Program-made: the position numbers and the translations under genes
Shown here: positions 38,531 to 47,552 of the stretch, piece by piece
How positions within the stretch are numbered: the first letter of the stretch is position 1
Layout of the letters: every line of letters begins with the position of its first letter
Notes under the pieces: generated by a model
Told to the model about the DNA's origin: nothing
Database searches by the model: none
The model's input: the letters and a program-made list of their open reading frames with translations, nothing else
From: an uncultured Gammaproteobacteria bacterium
GTDB taxonomy: Bacteria; Patescibacteriota; Microgenomatia; Levybacterales; GWA1-39-11
Assembly: GCA_964436385.1 (NCBI GenBank)
Contig: CAYTCO010000001.1
Coordinates: 47,316 to 104,128, forward strand
DNA: 56,813 nucleotides
Direction of reading: 5' to 3'

Positions 38531-39385
38531 TTATTCTTTGTAAGGTACAATTGGCAAGTTTTGATGTGCTCTAAGTCTTGTTAACACCTCTTGTAAGTTA
38601 TTCGGAATGTAAGCTTCTTTGAACAAATCCAAGCATCTTGCCTGTGGGAATACCCTTGTGGGCTTTGTTACGAATTGGAACTGGTCTACAATACCTTCAT
38701 CATTGAATGATGTAGTAGTATAAAGCATTACGTCATAATAAGAAGCCGGTTTGAATTTCTCATTTAACATTTTACCGCCACTTGAGAATATGGAATAACT
38801 TCCTAATGTATCGATATATTCGGAGTGATATTCAGTTACGATAATAAGGTCTCTTCGTAACGTATCAGCTTTCAAAATAAATGATTGCAATGCATCAGCA
38901 GCCAATTCCCAGAATTTCTGATATGCTTCAGAACCATGCTTTTTCTCAATGAAAGTCTTTTGACTTATGATCTCAGAGATAAAATGGGTGAAATCAGGTA
39001 AAATGATGGTATGAATCCATGGCATGTACTTATCTGCAAAATCCAACCATAAGGGTAAATGTGTTAAATGCTTAAGCACTATGATATTTCCCGGTAGATT
39101 GGCACGCTTTAATGTAACGCCAGGTACATAGGTAGGCTCATTCATAATGTATTTGACTACATGACTCTGAGAAGGTAATTTTAATAGCTTTTGAGCTTGT
39201 TCCCATCCTTGTACTTTTGGAGTTTGAATGTCCAAAGGGCCTACGGTAATATTCTGTGAATTCGTAAGCCATGTTGCCTTGTTTGAAGGGGCAATAATTA
39301 ATACATTTTCCCCATCCGGTATGAATGACCGAGAAAACGATTTTCCTGTGTTTTCGGCACCTACGATGCCTAATCTAAACGCCAT
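38531..39385 (-). CDS. P-loop ATPase (RecA/Sak4-like recombination or replication ATPase)
   Basis: N-terminal LGIVGAENTGKSFS Walker A and a later hydrophobic-strand DLIIVTEYH. Confidence 0.5.
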   Translation of the reverse strand: MAFRLGIVGAENTGKSFSRSFIPDGENVLIIAPSNKATWLTNSQNITVGPLDIQTPKVQGWEQAQKLLKLPSQSHVVKYIMNEPTYVPGVTLKRANLPGNIIVLKHLTHLPLWLDFADKYMPWIHTIILPDFTHFISEIISQKTFIEKKHGSEAYQKFWELAADALQSFILKADTLRRDLIIVTEYHSEYIDTLGSYSIFSSGGKMLNEKFKPASYYDVMLYTTTSFNDEGIVDQFQFVTKPTRVFPQARCLDLFKEAYIPNNLQEVLTRLRAHQNLPIVPYKE

Positions 39386-40485
39386 TGTATTGTATTTAAT
39401 TTTTCTTGTGATAAATGATATTCTTTGACTAATGATTTTGGTATATTCCGTGTAGCATTAACCATCCAGCTTACATCCATTGTATTGCGTGCTACGATGA
39501 TATACACTGTACTGGTAACATCGTCATTGCCTTGTCTTGTAGTACGATTAACCATTTGCATAAAATCGTGCATTTTACTATTGATTTGCTGAGCAACCAT
39601 ATAGCGCAATCCCTCTAAATTGGCTCCTACTTTCATTTGATTTATAGATACTAAATCATTGATTTGATATGACTGAAAATCATCCAGTTTGCTATTCTTG
39701 CAGCCACTATAATGTACGTTTTCAGATATTTTATCAGCTATTTCTTTTGTAGTGGTAAACGTGATATTCCTTTTGTTTTCAGAGATTAAATGATTTCTGA
39801 TATAAATAGCAGCCTTAGTTTTAGTTTCTGATTTATAAATAAACCACATACGATTGTTAACATGCATGTCTTTAGTTTTGGCTGTACTGTTTTGAACATT
39901 AACACAGTGTTGAAAATAAGCATCCGATTCAGTATATAAACCTGGACGAAATGGTACTTTATACTTTTTTTCAACGGTGTCAAAATCCACATATACAATA
40001 TGAAATTCGATATTGTTAATGTTCCCATCTTCCAGTGCTTGCAAAAATGTATATTGAATTGTATTTGCCTTGAAAAAGCGGAGCCATTGCATTTTTATTA
40101 CATTGTCAGGTAATGTACCAGTCATAAATAAAATACGTGCTGAATTGCTATATCTAGCCAAAAACTTAAATAAGGGTTCGGTTATTAAATGACATTCATC
40201 TACTACAATTATTTTATAGTCATTGATTAATGCTGAAACTTTATCAAATTGATGAATTTCAAGTAAAGGGGGATGTATGTCAACTTCATTCATTTCATCC
40301 GGCCATGTTTTATCGCGGCTATTTACAGTATGTGTAAGAATTAATTTTAAATGCTCATGATCAGAATCCAATATCTTTAAAGCAGTACGTGTTTTACCCA
40401 TACCCATAGTAATAACAGCCAATACGTGACCATTGCAGGAATTATATAAATCGATTACTTTTTTAGATACTTCGTCTCTGGTCAT
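39370..40485 (-). CDS. SF2 DEAH-box helicase
   Basis: MGMGKTRTA, IIVVDECH, FMTGTL and MVNRTTRQG. Confidence 0.7.
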   Translation of the reverse strand: MTRDEVSKKVIDLYNSCNGHVLAVITMGMGKTRTALKILDSDHEHLKLILTHTVNSRDKTWPDEMNEVDIHPPLLEIHQFDKVSALINDYKIIVVDECHLITEPLFKFLARYSNSARILFMTGTLPDNVIKMQWLRFFKANTIQYTFLQALEDGNINNIEFHIVYVDFDTVEKKYKVPFRPGLYTESDAYFQHCVNVQNSTAKTKDMHVNNRMWFIYKSETKTKAAIYIRNHLISENKRNITFTTTKEIADKISENVHYSGCKNSKLDDFQSYQINDLVSINQMKVGANLEGLRYMVAQQINSKMHDFMQMVNRTTRQGNDDVTSTVYIIVARNTMDVSWMVNATRNIPKSLVKEYHLSQEKLNTIQWRLD

Positions 40486-40997
40486 TAGTTTAAAATTATT
40501 GGTGTTTTAATGGTATAAAACAAATGAGAAAAGTATATATGGTCAAGTTCTTTTGTTAAAAAGTCATCGCTAATGAAGACATTTTCTCTAGCGGTGAGAG
40601 CCTCTACTTCAATATTATATTTGTTTTCACTGATTAGCACATAGTGTTCATCTTCTGATTTTGTTACGGCGTGCTCCTCTATAAAAGTAACACTTAATGG
40701 AATCAAACAAAAGGAATTAATTACATGGGTATCAGGAGTATTCAGTTCACTGATTTTGTCTTTTATCGTTTTTCGAAACTTTATTAAACCATCTACAGAT
40801 AGTCCATGTTCATTTAAGACATCTGTTAACATGTATTGATTTTCACTCTCACTTAAGTACATGAGATAGCATAAGCCGCTTTCAATAGACTCCATTGACT
40901 GAGTTTCAATTAATTTGTCTTTGAATATCACAAGAGCTTCTCGGTCTTTAAGTGCTCGTTGTGTAAGGTATTTTGATAATAGTTTTAAATTAAGCAT
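40485..40997 (-). CDS. hypothetical protein (170 aa)
   Basis: Start/stop coupled with the helicase gene. Confidence 0.6.
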   Translation of the reverse strand: MLNLKLLSKYLTQRALKDREALVIFKDKLIETQSMESIESGLCYLMYLSESENQYMLTDVLNEHGLSVDGLIKFRKTIKDKISELNTPDTHVINSFCLIPLSVTFIEEHAVTKSEDEHYVLISENKYNIEVEALTARENVFISDDFLTKELDHIYFSHLFYTIKTPIILN

Positions 40998-41005
40998 ATT
41001 TATTT

Positions 41006-41458
41006 TTATTTTTCTAATTGGTCAATGAATACATAGTCATGAGCCCGGGCTGCGTATTCCTGTAATTCAAGAATACGAACCAGCATATCACTTTCTTCAA
41101 AAATATCTGATATGGATTCATATATGTGTTTGCCGGTAGTAGGACAGATAGTTTGACCTACATATTCCTTCAGGGCCTCGTGTAACTCTATTTTTTTATA
41201 GCCTAGGTGCTTGGCTAATTCCGAAACCATGAAAAAGTAGTATTTTTTCATTTTAGTCAGTGCATCAGGCGCCCTAACAATAACAATCTGGTATAAACCG
41301 GAATCAAGTAAGTCAAGCTGTTTATTAAATGTATTGATATCTTCGATATATGCTCGTTTCCCTTCTATTTTTACTACTTTACCTGAGATTTTCTGCATTT
41401 TAAATAATTGAGAAATGATGAGATTAATGCAATCCACGTACCCTTCTTCTTCCTGCAT
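41006..41458 (-). CDS. hypothetical protein (150 aa)
   Basis: First gene after the 473-nt non-coding gap. Confidence 0.6.
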   Translation of the reverse strand: MQEEEGYVDCINLIISQLFKMQKISGKVVKIEGKRAYIEDINTFNKQLDLLDSGLYQIVIVRAPDALTKMKKYYFFMVSELAKHLGYKKIELHEALKEYVGQTICPTTGKHIYESISDIFEESDMLVRILELQEYAARAHDYVFIDQLEK

Positions 41459-41793
41459 ACCTTTTCAAATAAGATAAATCAATATCATTGATTCTATCAT
41501 TTGATTAAATATGTTGAAATTATATACACCTATTTATTTGCTGTCGGTATATCAATGCTCTCTAGCGATTATCTGTCTTCCACAGACACATTCAGTTTTT
41601 GTAATTAGTATTTTACTAACAGCATGCAGTTACCTGTTGACAAGGGTAGGGAGTCAGAGCAGGATATTTTTGAATGTCTTAACATGAATTGTGAACCTTT
41701 GGTCAGCAATTCCTTGTCGCCTGAACCACTTTTATTTGATCTTAACAGGCTACGATCAGGATAAAAATGAGAAAAAACCTTTTTGTCTAAAAT

Positions 41794-41837
41794 AAAAAAA
41801 GAGCCCTTCATTGCTGAAGACCCTTGGCTCTTTTTTT
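41794..41837. terminator. Bidirectional terminator-like compound hairpin
   Basis: A7-GAGCC ... (CTTCA TTGC TGAAG) ... GGCTC-T7. Confidence 0.6.
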
Positions 41838-41931
41838 CTACGGGCGACAAAACCTGCAGTATCGGTAATATTAAGGGTGAATACATCATAAATCTTGAGC
41901 AAATGTAAAAATGTTAATTTGATATTCCAAA

Positions 41932-42657
41932 TTAAATTTTGATTTTTTTGAGATTTAAGGTTTCAGTATTGATATAGGCTCCAGACCAGGTTATTTCCTT
42001 TTTGGTGATAATATCCCATATCAAATTGCATGTAACCACAGCCATGTATTGGTTTACCAATATACTTTGCTCATTTAAGGATTCAGCTACTGAGCAGCTA
42101 GGTCCTTTGGTTTTTTTGTTGGATGGCCTTTTTTTGTATAAATCAATTACTGAAGGAATATTGAAATCAGTCATGATGATATTACCGGTATTTTTACCAT
42201 TTCCTGTATCAATCCAATATAATGGCTGTATTTCATGATTAACATTAGCCTTGGATTGCAATATATTCGATATGATTATTCTGCTTTTGCGCGTATCCGT
42301 ACATGTGATTACAATATGAGAGGAAATATCAGCTTTTGCTGTTGATTCCGTTACTTTATTGGTATCTGCTTCCCATCGACTACCCGAATACCGGTTTATT
42401 CGGTTTATTAGGGTAATGGCTTTATTAGCACCCATTTCAAATTCAGAAAAGCCTTGCCGAGCCGGGTTAGATTCCGATACGGTATCGAAATCAATGGCTT
42501 TAACCTGTAACTGCAATCCCTTCAATTTTTGAAGAGCATAATTAAATCGCATCAGAATTGGCAATATCAATGAGCCGGTACCACCTACTCCTATTAAGGA
42601 AATAGTGATTTTTTGGTAGGGCGGCTCTTGTATTAATTTGTTAATCGTTAGAGGCAT
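41932..42657 (-). CDS. ThiF/MoeB-family E1-like adenylyltransferase (short, PRTRC-type size)
   Basis: ISLIGVGGTGS Rossmann loop, AIDFDTVSESNPARQGF and VITCTDTRKSR. Confidence 0.7.
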   Translation of the reverse strand: MPLTINKLIQEPPYQKITISLIGVGGTGSLILPILMRFNYALQKLKGLQLQVKAIDFDTVSESNPARQGFSEFEMGANKAITLINRINRYSGSRWEADTNKVTESTAKADISSHIVITCTDTRKSRIIISNILQSKANVNHEIQPLYWIDTGNGKNTGNIIMTDFNIPSVIDLYKKRPSNKKTKGPSCSVAESLNEQSILVNQYMAVVTCNLIWDIITKKEITWSGAYINTETLNLKKIKI

Positions 42658-42889
42658 CTTCTATTTTTTTGATAGTTTTCACATCACATACATTCAAATA
42701 ACCCTCATATTTAGGCATAGGTACTGTATAATCAGATCTAATATCTGCAGTATAAGGGGGATGAGTTGCTTTTACTATAATTTGTATAGGTTTGCGTGTA
42801 TCACAAAATGTAAGTTCTACTAAATAAGTTTCTTCTTTGCAGGCACTTAGTGCCAATAGAAAAAAAGCAATGATTATTATATTTTTCAT
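42641..42889 (-). CDS. Lipoprotein (82 aa)
   Basis: MKNIIIIAFFLLALSAC lipobox. The ATG at 42889-42887 avoids overlap with the upstream gene, so the listed 116-aa form is an over-extension. Confidence 0.6.
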   Translation of the reverse strand: MKNIIIIAFFLLALSACKEETYLVELTFCDTRKPIQIIVKATHPPYTADIRSDYTVPMPKYEGYLNVCDVKTIKKIEDASND

Positions 42890-42899
42890 GATTAATTGT

Positions 42900-43286
42900 T
42901 TAAGGTAATTGTATTTCAGCCCATTGATCGCCTTCCCTGATCGGATGATAATCTTCAAAACCATTCCAAACTGGACCATATTCAGAGTCAACTATTAACT
43001 CTGAAACAATTTCTTTCAAATCTTGTTCATAAGGTTTATTATCTGCTCGTTTCAATAGAATAGAAACCTTTTCAAATGGTAAATTTATAAGTTGACCATT
43101 ACCCTTCTTCTTAACTGTTTTCCAATCAAGAACTCTTATTGTTCGGTCAGTAATAAAGAACCGACCTTTTCTGTCTTTCATTATTTCAACAGGATTAAAA
43201 TAATATATAATACCGTCACCGGTTATTGTTTTGTTTCCTGTTTCAAGGAACTCCACCACATCACGGTGTAATTTAATTTCTGTCAT
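42900..43286 (-). CDS. hypothetical protein (128 aa)
   Basis: Tightly packed and co-directional. Confidence 0.6.
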   Translation of the reverse strand: MTEIKLHRDVVEFLETGNKTITGDGIIYYFNPVEIMKDRKGRFFITDRTIRVLDWKTVKKKGNGQLINLPFEKVSILLKRADNKPYEQDLKEIVSELIVDSEYGPVWNGFEDYHPIREGDQWAEIQLP

Positions 43287-43289
43287 ATT

Positions 43290-43694
43290 TTATCGATTAT
43301 ATAGTTTTTTAAAGAGCCACCTTTCAAAATTATGGCTTAAAATGTGGCTTCGATGATTGTCAGGACCGGTCAATGTATATAAATTACTTAAAGGAATACC
43401 TAAAACTTCAATTTCGACATCTTCATACCATGAATAGTCGGCTCTTATAAATTTAACTAGTCTTCCATACCAACCAGAATCGAATCGAACATATACATTT
43501 TCAGGTAAACCATTATAAGAAAAGACATCAATAGCTCCTAAAGGTGAATATCTTTTTTTACCTAACATGTATTCAGTAGTTTGATACCGTTGCCACATGT
43601 TAAACATATTTTCAGAATTTATAAATTGGGGAAGTACTGCAAAGTCATAATTTCTACTCCAATCGATTCCTTGGTCATTACATAGATCTTCCAT
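43290..43694 (-). CDS. hypothetical protein (134 aa)
   Basis: Tightly packed and co-directional. Confidence 0.6.
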   Translation of the reverse strand: MEDLCNDQGIDWSRNYDFAVLPQFINSENMFNMWQRYQTTEYMLGKKRYSPLGAIDVFSYNGLPENVYVRFDSGWYGRLVKFIRADYSWYEDVEIEVLGIPLSNLYTLTGPDNHRSHILSHNFERWLFKKLYNR

Positions 43695-43696
43695 TA

Positions 43697-44482
43697 TTAA
43701 AGATTAAAGGGTGAGCCCGCAAAATTACGGATGGCTGTAGGTAACATTTCAAGATAGTAACTCAATCCATTACTAAAGGAATCATAGCAATAAGATTTTC
43801 CATTAATTACTAATCCGGTATTGGTTTGTTTTGAAAACATAATTTCATGAATCAAGTCACCTTTTATTCCATTTATTGTAATTGGAATAATATTTACACG
43901 ATTGGATAAATTATTATGAGGTGCTTCATAATTCCTAATTGCGGATGTACGTTTTGAAAAGTCGATGCTGATATCAGGATATTTTCTTTCGAATCCAACT
44001 AATTCTTTTAATGCAAGTGTATCTTCAGGGCTATAAATGTTTGGCACATTACCAACCCAAACATAACCTCTCCAATCACAAATGAGACTCCATTTACAAT
44101 CTTCACCTTTAATTAAATTAGGCCCTCTATGGTTTATGTGGTCACCGTCATAAAAGTAAGAACCTCTTAACTTATCAGCTAAAATATGTTCAATTTCTTT
44201 AACTCCTTTTTCAGTGAAATCTTTCTTACGAAGGAAATCTGAAAACCCAGTAGGTCGTGTCCAAGTGAGCCCTCCATAATCAGAGGACTTATAAACAAGC
44301 CAATTCATATTGGTATAATCGACATAAAAAGTATAGTGACCATCAAAGTTAATACCATCCCCTATTGGACCAGGTAAGAAATTATATTCAGTAAATTTAA
44401 AGACTGTATCTGACAGTCTATTTATGTTTCCACTGCTGGTACCTCTGCCATCATCGATAAGATATTTTCTAATATTTTTCAT
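43697..44482 (-). CDS. hypothetical protein (261 aa)
   Basis: Tightly packed. No motif recognised. Confidence 0.65.
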   Translation of the reverse strand: MKNIRKYLIDDGRGTSSGNINRLSDTVFKFTEYNFLPGPIGDGINFDGHYTFYVDYTNMNWLVYKSSDYGGLTWTRPTGFSDFLRKKDFTEKGVKEIEHILADKLRGSYFYDGDHINHRGPNLIKGEDCKWSLICDWRGYVWVGNVPNIYSPEDTLALKELVGFERKYPDISIDFSKRTSAIRNYEAPHNNLSNRVNIIPITINGIKGDLIHEIMFSKQTNTGLVINGKSYCYDSFSNGLSYYLEMLPTAIRNFAGSPFNL

Positions 44483-44485
44483 ATC

Positions 44486-44695
44486 TTATAGAGTTATATC
44501 TTTATCAACGATATGAGCAGAGAAATCATCTGATGATCCACTGAGCATTTCAAATTCACTTTCAAACTTCATTCGTGCCAGCTTTTTAAGATGATCCAAT
44601 ACATCTTCATGACTTACTGGATCAGGAAGGTCAGATGATTTAATTTCTACCTCGTAAATTCTTCTAAAACTTATAGTTGCTTTTTGTATTGGCAT
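44486..44695 (-). CDS. hypothetical small protein (69 aa), weak beta-grasp/ubiquitin-like candidate
   Basis: The SSDLPDPVSHEDVLDHL segment is reminiscent, from memory only, of prokaryotic ubiquitin-like (PRTRC protein C type) proteins. There is no C-terminal GG. Confidence 0.5.
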   Translation of the reverse strand: MPIQKATISFRRIYEVEIKSSDLPDPVSHEDVLDHLKKLARMKFESEFEMLSGSSDDFSAHIVDKDITL

Positions 44696-44697
44696 AG

Positions 44698-45039
44698 CTA
44701 TTTAGGGGTTTTGGTTAATAAAAGGATTTCAGTTACTTGAACCTCAGTAACATAGCGTTTAATACCATGGGGGTCTGTATGCTCATTGTGTTGCAGTTTA
44801 CCTTCAATAGCAATTTCAATGCCTTTTTGGACATATTGCTTAACGGTGTCAGCTACTTTTCCCAAAGCTATAAGATTATGAATTTGATATTCATCTATCT
44901 TCTCACCTTTTGAGCCTTTATGACTTTCATGGGTTACCAATGTAAATTTGGCAAGTGTCTTATCAGCTGCCAATGTTATAAATTCGGGATCGCTATCCAC
45001 TGTGCCAATTAGTTGGACTTTATTTTTTAATGCGTACAT
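44698..45039 (-). CDS. ssb: Single-stranded DNA-binding protein (OB fold)
   Basis: NKVQLIGTVDSDPEF ... IHNLIALGKVADTVKQYVQKGIEIAIEGKLQ ... YVTEVQVTEILLL. Confidence 0.85.
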   Translation of the reverse strand: MYALKNKVQLIGTVDSDPEFITLAADKTLAKFTLVTHESHKGSKGEKIDEYQIHNLIALGKVADTVKQYVQKGIEIAIEGKLQHNEHTDPHGIKRYVTEVQVTEILLLTKTPK

Positions 45040-45170
45040 GATATTGTTTTTACAAGATTATTTAATTGTTCAAGTCTTTCAGGAAATTGTTTAAAATATT
45101 CAGCCTGGGCATTTTCTTTCCAAGCTTCATGTGCTTTCATTGCATCATAGTTAAACCATTTATTACTCAT
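45033..45170 (-). CDS. possible small protein (45 aa), below the ORF-track cutoff
   Basis: Its ATG overlaps the upstream TGA (ATGA at 45170-45167) and its stop overlaps the ssb start. It fills an otherwise empty 127-nt gap. Confidence 0.35.
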
Positions 45171-45490
45171 AATCCTTCACTTGTTTGTTGTATTTCTTCC
45201 TCTTCAAAAGTTTCATTAGGAAATACAGTTTTAATAATTGAGAACCCGGAACATGGTTTATCGGCACATTTGTAATCATGAGTATGACAATGAAAATCAC
45301 CACCTTCTATTAATATTTTAGCTGCAAGGTCAGCAGCCATGATATATTGAAGTGTATGGTCTTGTTCCCATTTGAAAGCACACTCACTGCACATTTTACC
45401 ACAAGGTCCGATATCTATTCCTTTTTCTTTTGCAACTTTGACAGCTTTTTTAACTAAGTCTGACATTGTTTTTGCGTAACTTACTAGCAT
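45167..45490 (-). CDS. Cys-rich small protein with CX3CX2C motif
   Basis: GPCGKMCSECAF plus FHCHTHDYKCADKPC. Confidence 0.55.
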   Translation of the reverse strand: MLVSYAKTMSDLVKKAVKVAKEKGIDIGPCGKMCSECAFKWEQDHTLQYIMAADLAAKILIEGGDFHCHTHDYKCADKPCSGFSIIKTVFPNETFEEEEIQQTSEGL

Positions 45491-45491
45491 A

Positions 45492-46109
45492 TTAATGGAA
45501 TGTTTTACAAGTTGGACAAAGAATTTTAAAAATACCTCTCTTGAAAGCCTCTTTATTAGTTTCCCAAGTGTTAGGATGAAAATTAGGAGATTTATTACTT
45601 ACTTCTTCAGCAAAGCATACTGGAATAGCAAAACAGTTTTGTTTTAAGTGCCAGTACCATTCTTCTACCTCATCTTCATCGAACTCCATTCTATCAGTAA
45701 CCCATATAGCATTGGTAGATACTTCTCCAAGGACTTTAGAAGCTTGATGTCTTAGACATGTTCTGTGTGTACTTTTTGCACTGATTAGAAGAGGGTTCAA
45801 CCAGTCTGAAAAGCTCTGTTTCTCTTTGAGGTACACATGCTTATCTTGTACCCAGCCTACTACATCGTAGTTGAGTTGGTCTTTACCAACGTAAGCTACA
45901 GTAACTTCCTCGCCTTCATTGTTAAGGATTCTATCTCCGACCTTGATTTCTGAGGTACAGAGAAAGAGTTTTACTGGTTTGTGTGGATGCGTATGTGGCC
46001 CATGTACATGGATAGCTGTCTCTATTAGACCCGTATTTGTATGAAGGAATTTGCCTCCTTCTGTAACTTCTCCTTCAACAGGAAGATATTTTGTGAAGTA
46101 TTTTTTCAT
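45492..46109 (-). CDS. hypothetical protein (205 aa)
   Basis: Tightly packed, with a C-terminal CPTC. Confidence 0.6.
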   Translation of the reverse strand: MKKYFTKYLPVEGEVTEGGKFLHTNTGLIETAIHVHGPHTHPHKPVKLFLCTSEIKVGDRILNNEGEEVTVAYVGKDQLNYDVVGWVQDKHVYLKEKQSFSDWLNPLLISAKSTHRTCLRHQASKVLGEVSTNAIWVTDRMEFDEDEVEEWYWHLKQNCFAIPVCFAEEVSNKSPNFHPNTWETNKEAFKRGIFKILCPTCKTFH

Positions 46110-46327
46110 TATTTTAAAGTTTTGTATTCAATAATTCCATCTTCATTTTTAGTTCCAATTGTTATTTTACTTTTCACAGATTTCTTTAATCCTAAAAAAA
46201 TCAAAATTCGTTGCCATTTGTTTGGTTCTTTTTCATAAGGATCAAATCCTACTACATACTTTTCAGAAATGTCTATTTTAGATGTTTCTGATATAACTTT
46301 TGATTGTTTTATAAGTTCCATTCCCAT
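46109..46327 (-). CDS. hypothetical protein (72 aa)
   Basis: Start and stop share one nucleotide with each neighbour. Confidence 0.5.
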   Translation of the reverse strand: MGMELIKQSKVISETSKIDISEKYVVGFDPYEKEPNKWQRILIFLGLKKSVKSKITIGTKNEDGIIEYKTLK

Positions 46328-47220
46328 TATTTTTTAAGTTGTTTAAGTGACCAATTTTGTTTAAAAGTAAATCCGGAATAGACTTCCATTTCAATCATTT
46401 CATCAAGTAATTCAGGATCTGCATCAGCTCCGTTTTGCATGTCATTGAGAGAGCCGAGAATACATATTTTGCAGCTTACTCTTTCATTGCCTTTTACGTA
46501 TGCTGGATGAAATGGCCATTCTGGATTTATAAGTTTATGATAAATATATTCTACTCTAAAACAATCTAATAAATGCTTTCTCATTCCATATGTAGACCAT
46601 ACTTCATCAAGTGTAAAATTGAATATAGGGTACCAAGTCAGTATAAGCCGTTTTTTGGGGTTATAATTTTCCAAACACCATTCAACTGGTATTGGCTTAT
46701 AGACTTTCTTTCTATCGGATATTCTCGATGAATGCCAATACTTGTAATACTTACTTGAATTATCTCTGACAGTAAGGGGTTCCTTTTTTGCCCTGGCTGG
46801 ACTTTCTTCGGCTCTGATACCTTCACATGAAATAATGAAATTATGACCTGTAGAGGTAAAGAATGCATTAATGGGAGCTCTTTTGAGATCACTTGTGCAA
46901 TACCGGCTTGCTGAACTACTCCAAAACGGAATTCCTTTGCCTTGTAGCTTATGCATTCGTTTTTGCCAGTATTCCAATAGTCCTAAGCCATCGGCTCGTT
47001 TAACAACAAAAAGAGGAACATTGAGTTCCTCTGATTGTCGTTGGCACATTGATATGCTTTCTTCCCATTCTACTTTACCGAGATCAGCATGAATGAGACC
47101 TTCAATAGGAAAGCCCCATTCATGTAGCATTTTTGTCATTGCTTGACCATCTTTACCACCGGAGATAGATGAATAGATTTTGGCACCTTTTGAAAGGGCT
47201 TGTTTGATTAGTTCAATCAT
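46327..47220 (-). CDS. PP-loop ATP pyrophosphatase, PAPS-reductase/DndC-like family
   Basis: SSISGGKDGQAM (SGGKD PP-loop), RYCTSDLKRAP, GIRAEESPARA and C-terminal CKICILG. Confidence 0.7.
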   Translation of the reverse strand: MIELIKQALSKGAKIYSSISGGKDGQAMTKMLHEWGFPIEGLIHADLGKVEWEESISMCQRQSEELNVPLFVVKRADGLGLLEYWQKRMHKLQGKGIPFWSSSASRYCTSDLKRAPINAFFTSTGHNFIISCEGIRAEESPARAKKEPLTVRDNSSKYYKYWHSSRISDRKKVYKPIPVEWCLENYNPKKRLILTWYPIFNFTLDEVWSTYGMRKHLLDCFRVEYIYHKLINPEWPFHPAYVKGNERVSCKICILGSLNDMQNGADADPELLDEMIEMEVYSGFTFKQNWSLKQLKK

Positions 47221-47486
47221 AGTACATATTTATATTCTGTAAATCGTCCATATTTTACCGCATTTGTTATAATATGATGCTTTAGACTTCCTTCAGGGAT
47301 TTCTATTAATTTTCGTTCAATTGTTTTATTACAATCTTCAATATCGATGCATTCCCATATATGTCCTGTAGCAAATCCATGCAATACATCACCAACAGCT
47401 TTTACTTGTTCATCAGTTTTTCTTCTACGTAAGCACATTCGACAAACTCCTTTTTTTGCTCTTTTATTTAATCCATTAGAAGCCAT
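47217..47486 (-). CDS. hypothetical protein (89 aa, Cys-containing)
   Basis: 4-nt overlap with the PP-loop gene. Confidence 0.5.
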   Translation of the reverse strand: MASNGLNKRAKKGVCRMCLRRRKTDEQVKAVGDVLHGFATGHIWECIDIEDCNKTIERKLIEIPEGSLKHHIITNAVKYGRFTEYKYVL

Positions 47487-47552
47487 AATTAAAGTGGTTT
47501 ATCGGTTTTATAATCTAATCCTGATAGTATCTGATATTTTTCTAGTTGTAAT

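Noticed and set aside
41605-41889. 94-aa minus-strand ORF in the 473-nt gap
   Set aside because: It reads straight through the A7-hairpin-T7 terminator, has low-complexity composition, and is not coupled to its neighbours.
42890-42991. Upstream extension of the lipoprotein ORF to 116 aa
   Set aside because: It overlaps the preceding gene by 92 nt. The internal ATG gives a textbook signal peptide at the N-terminus.
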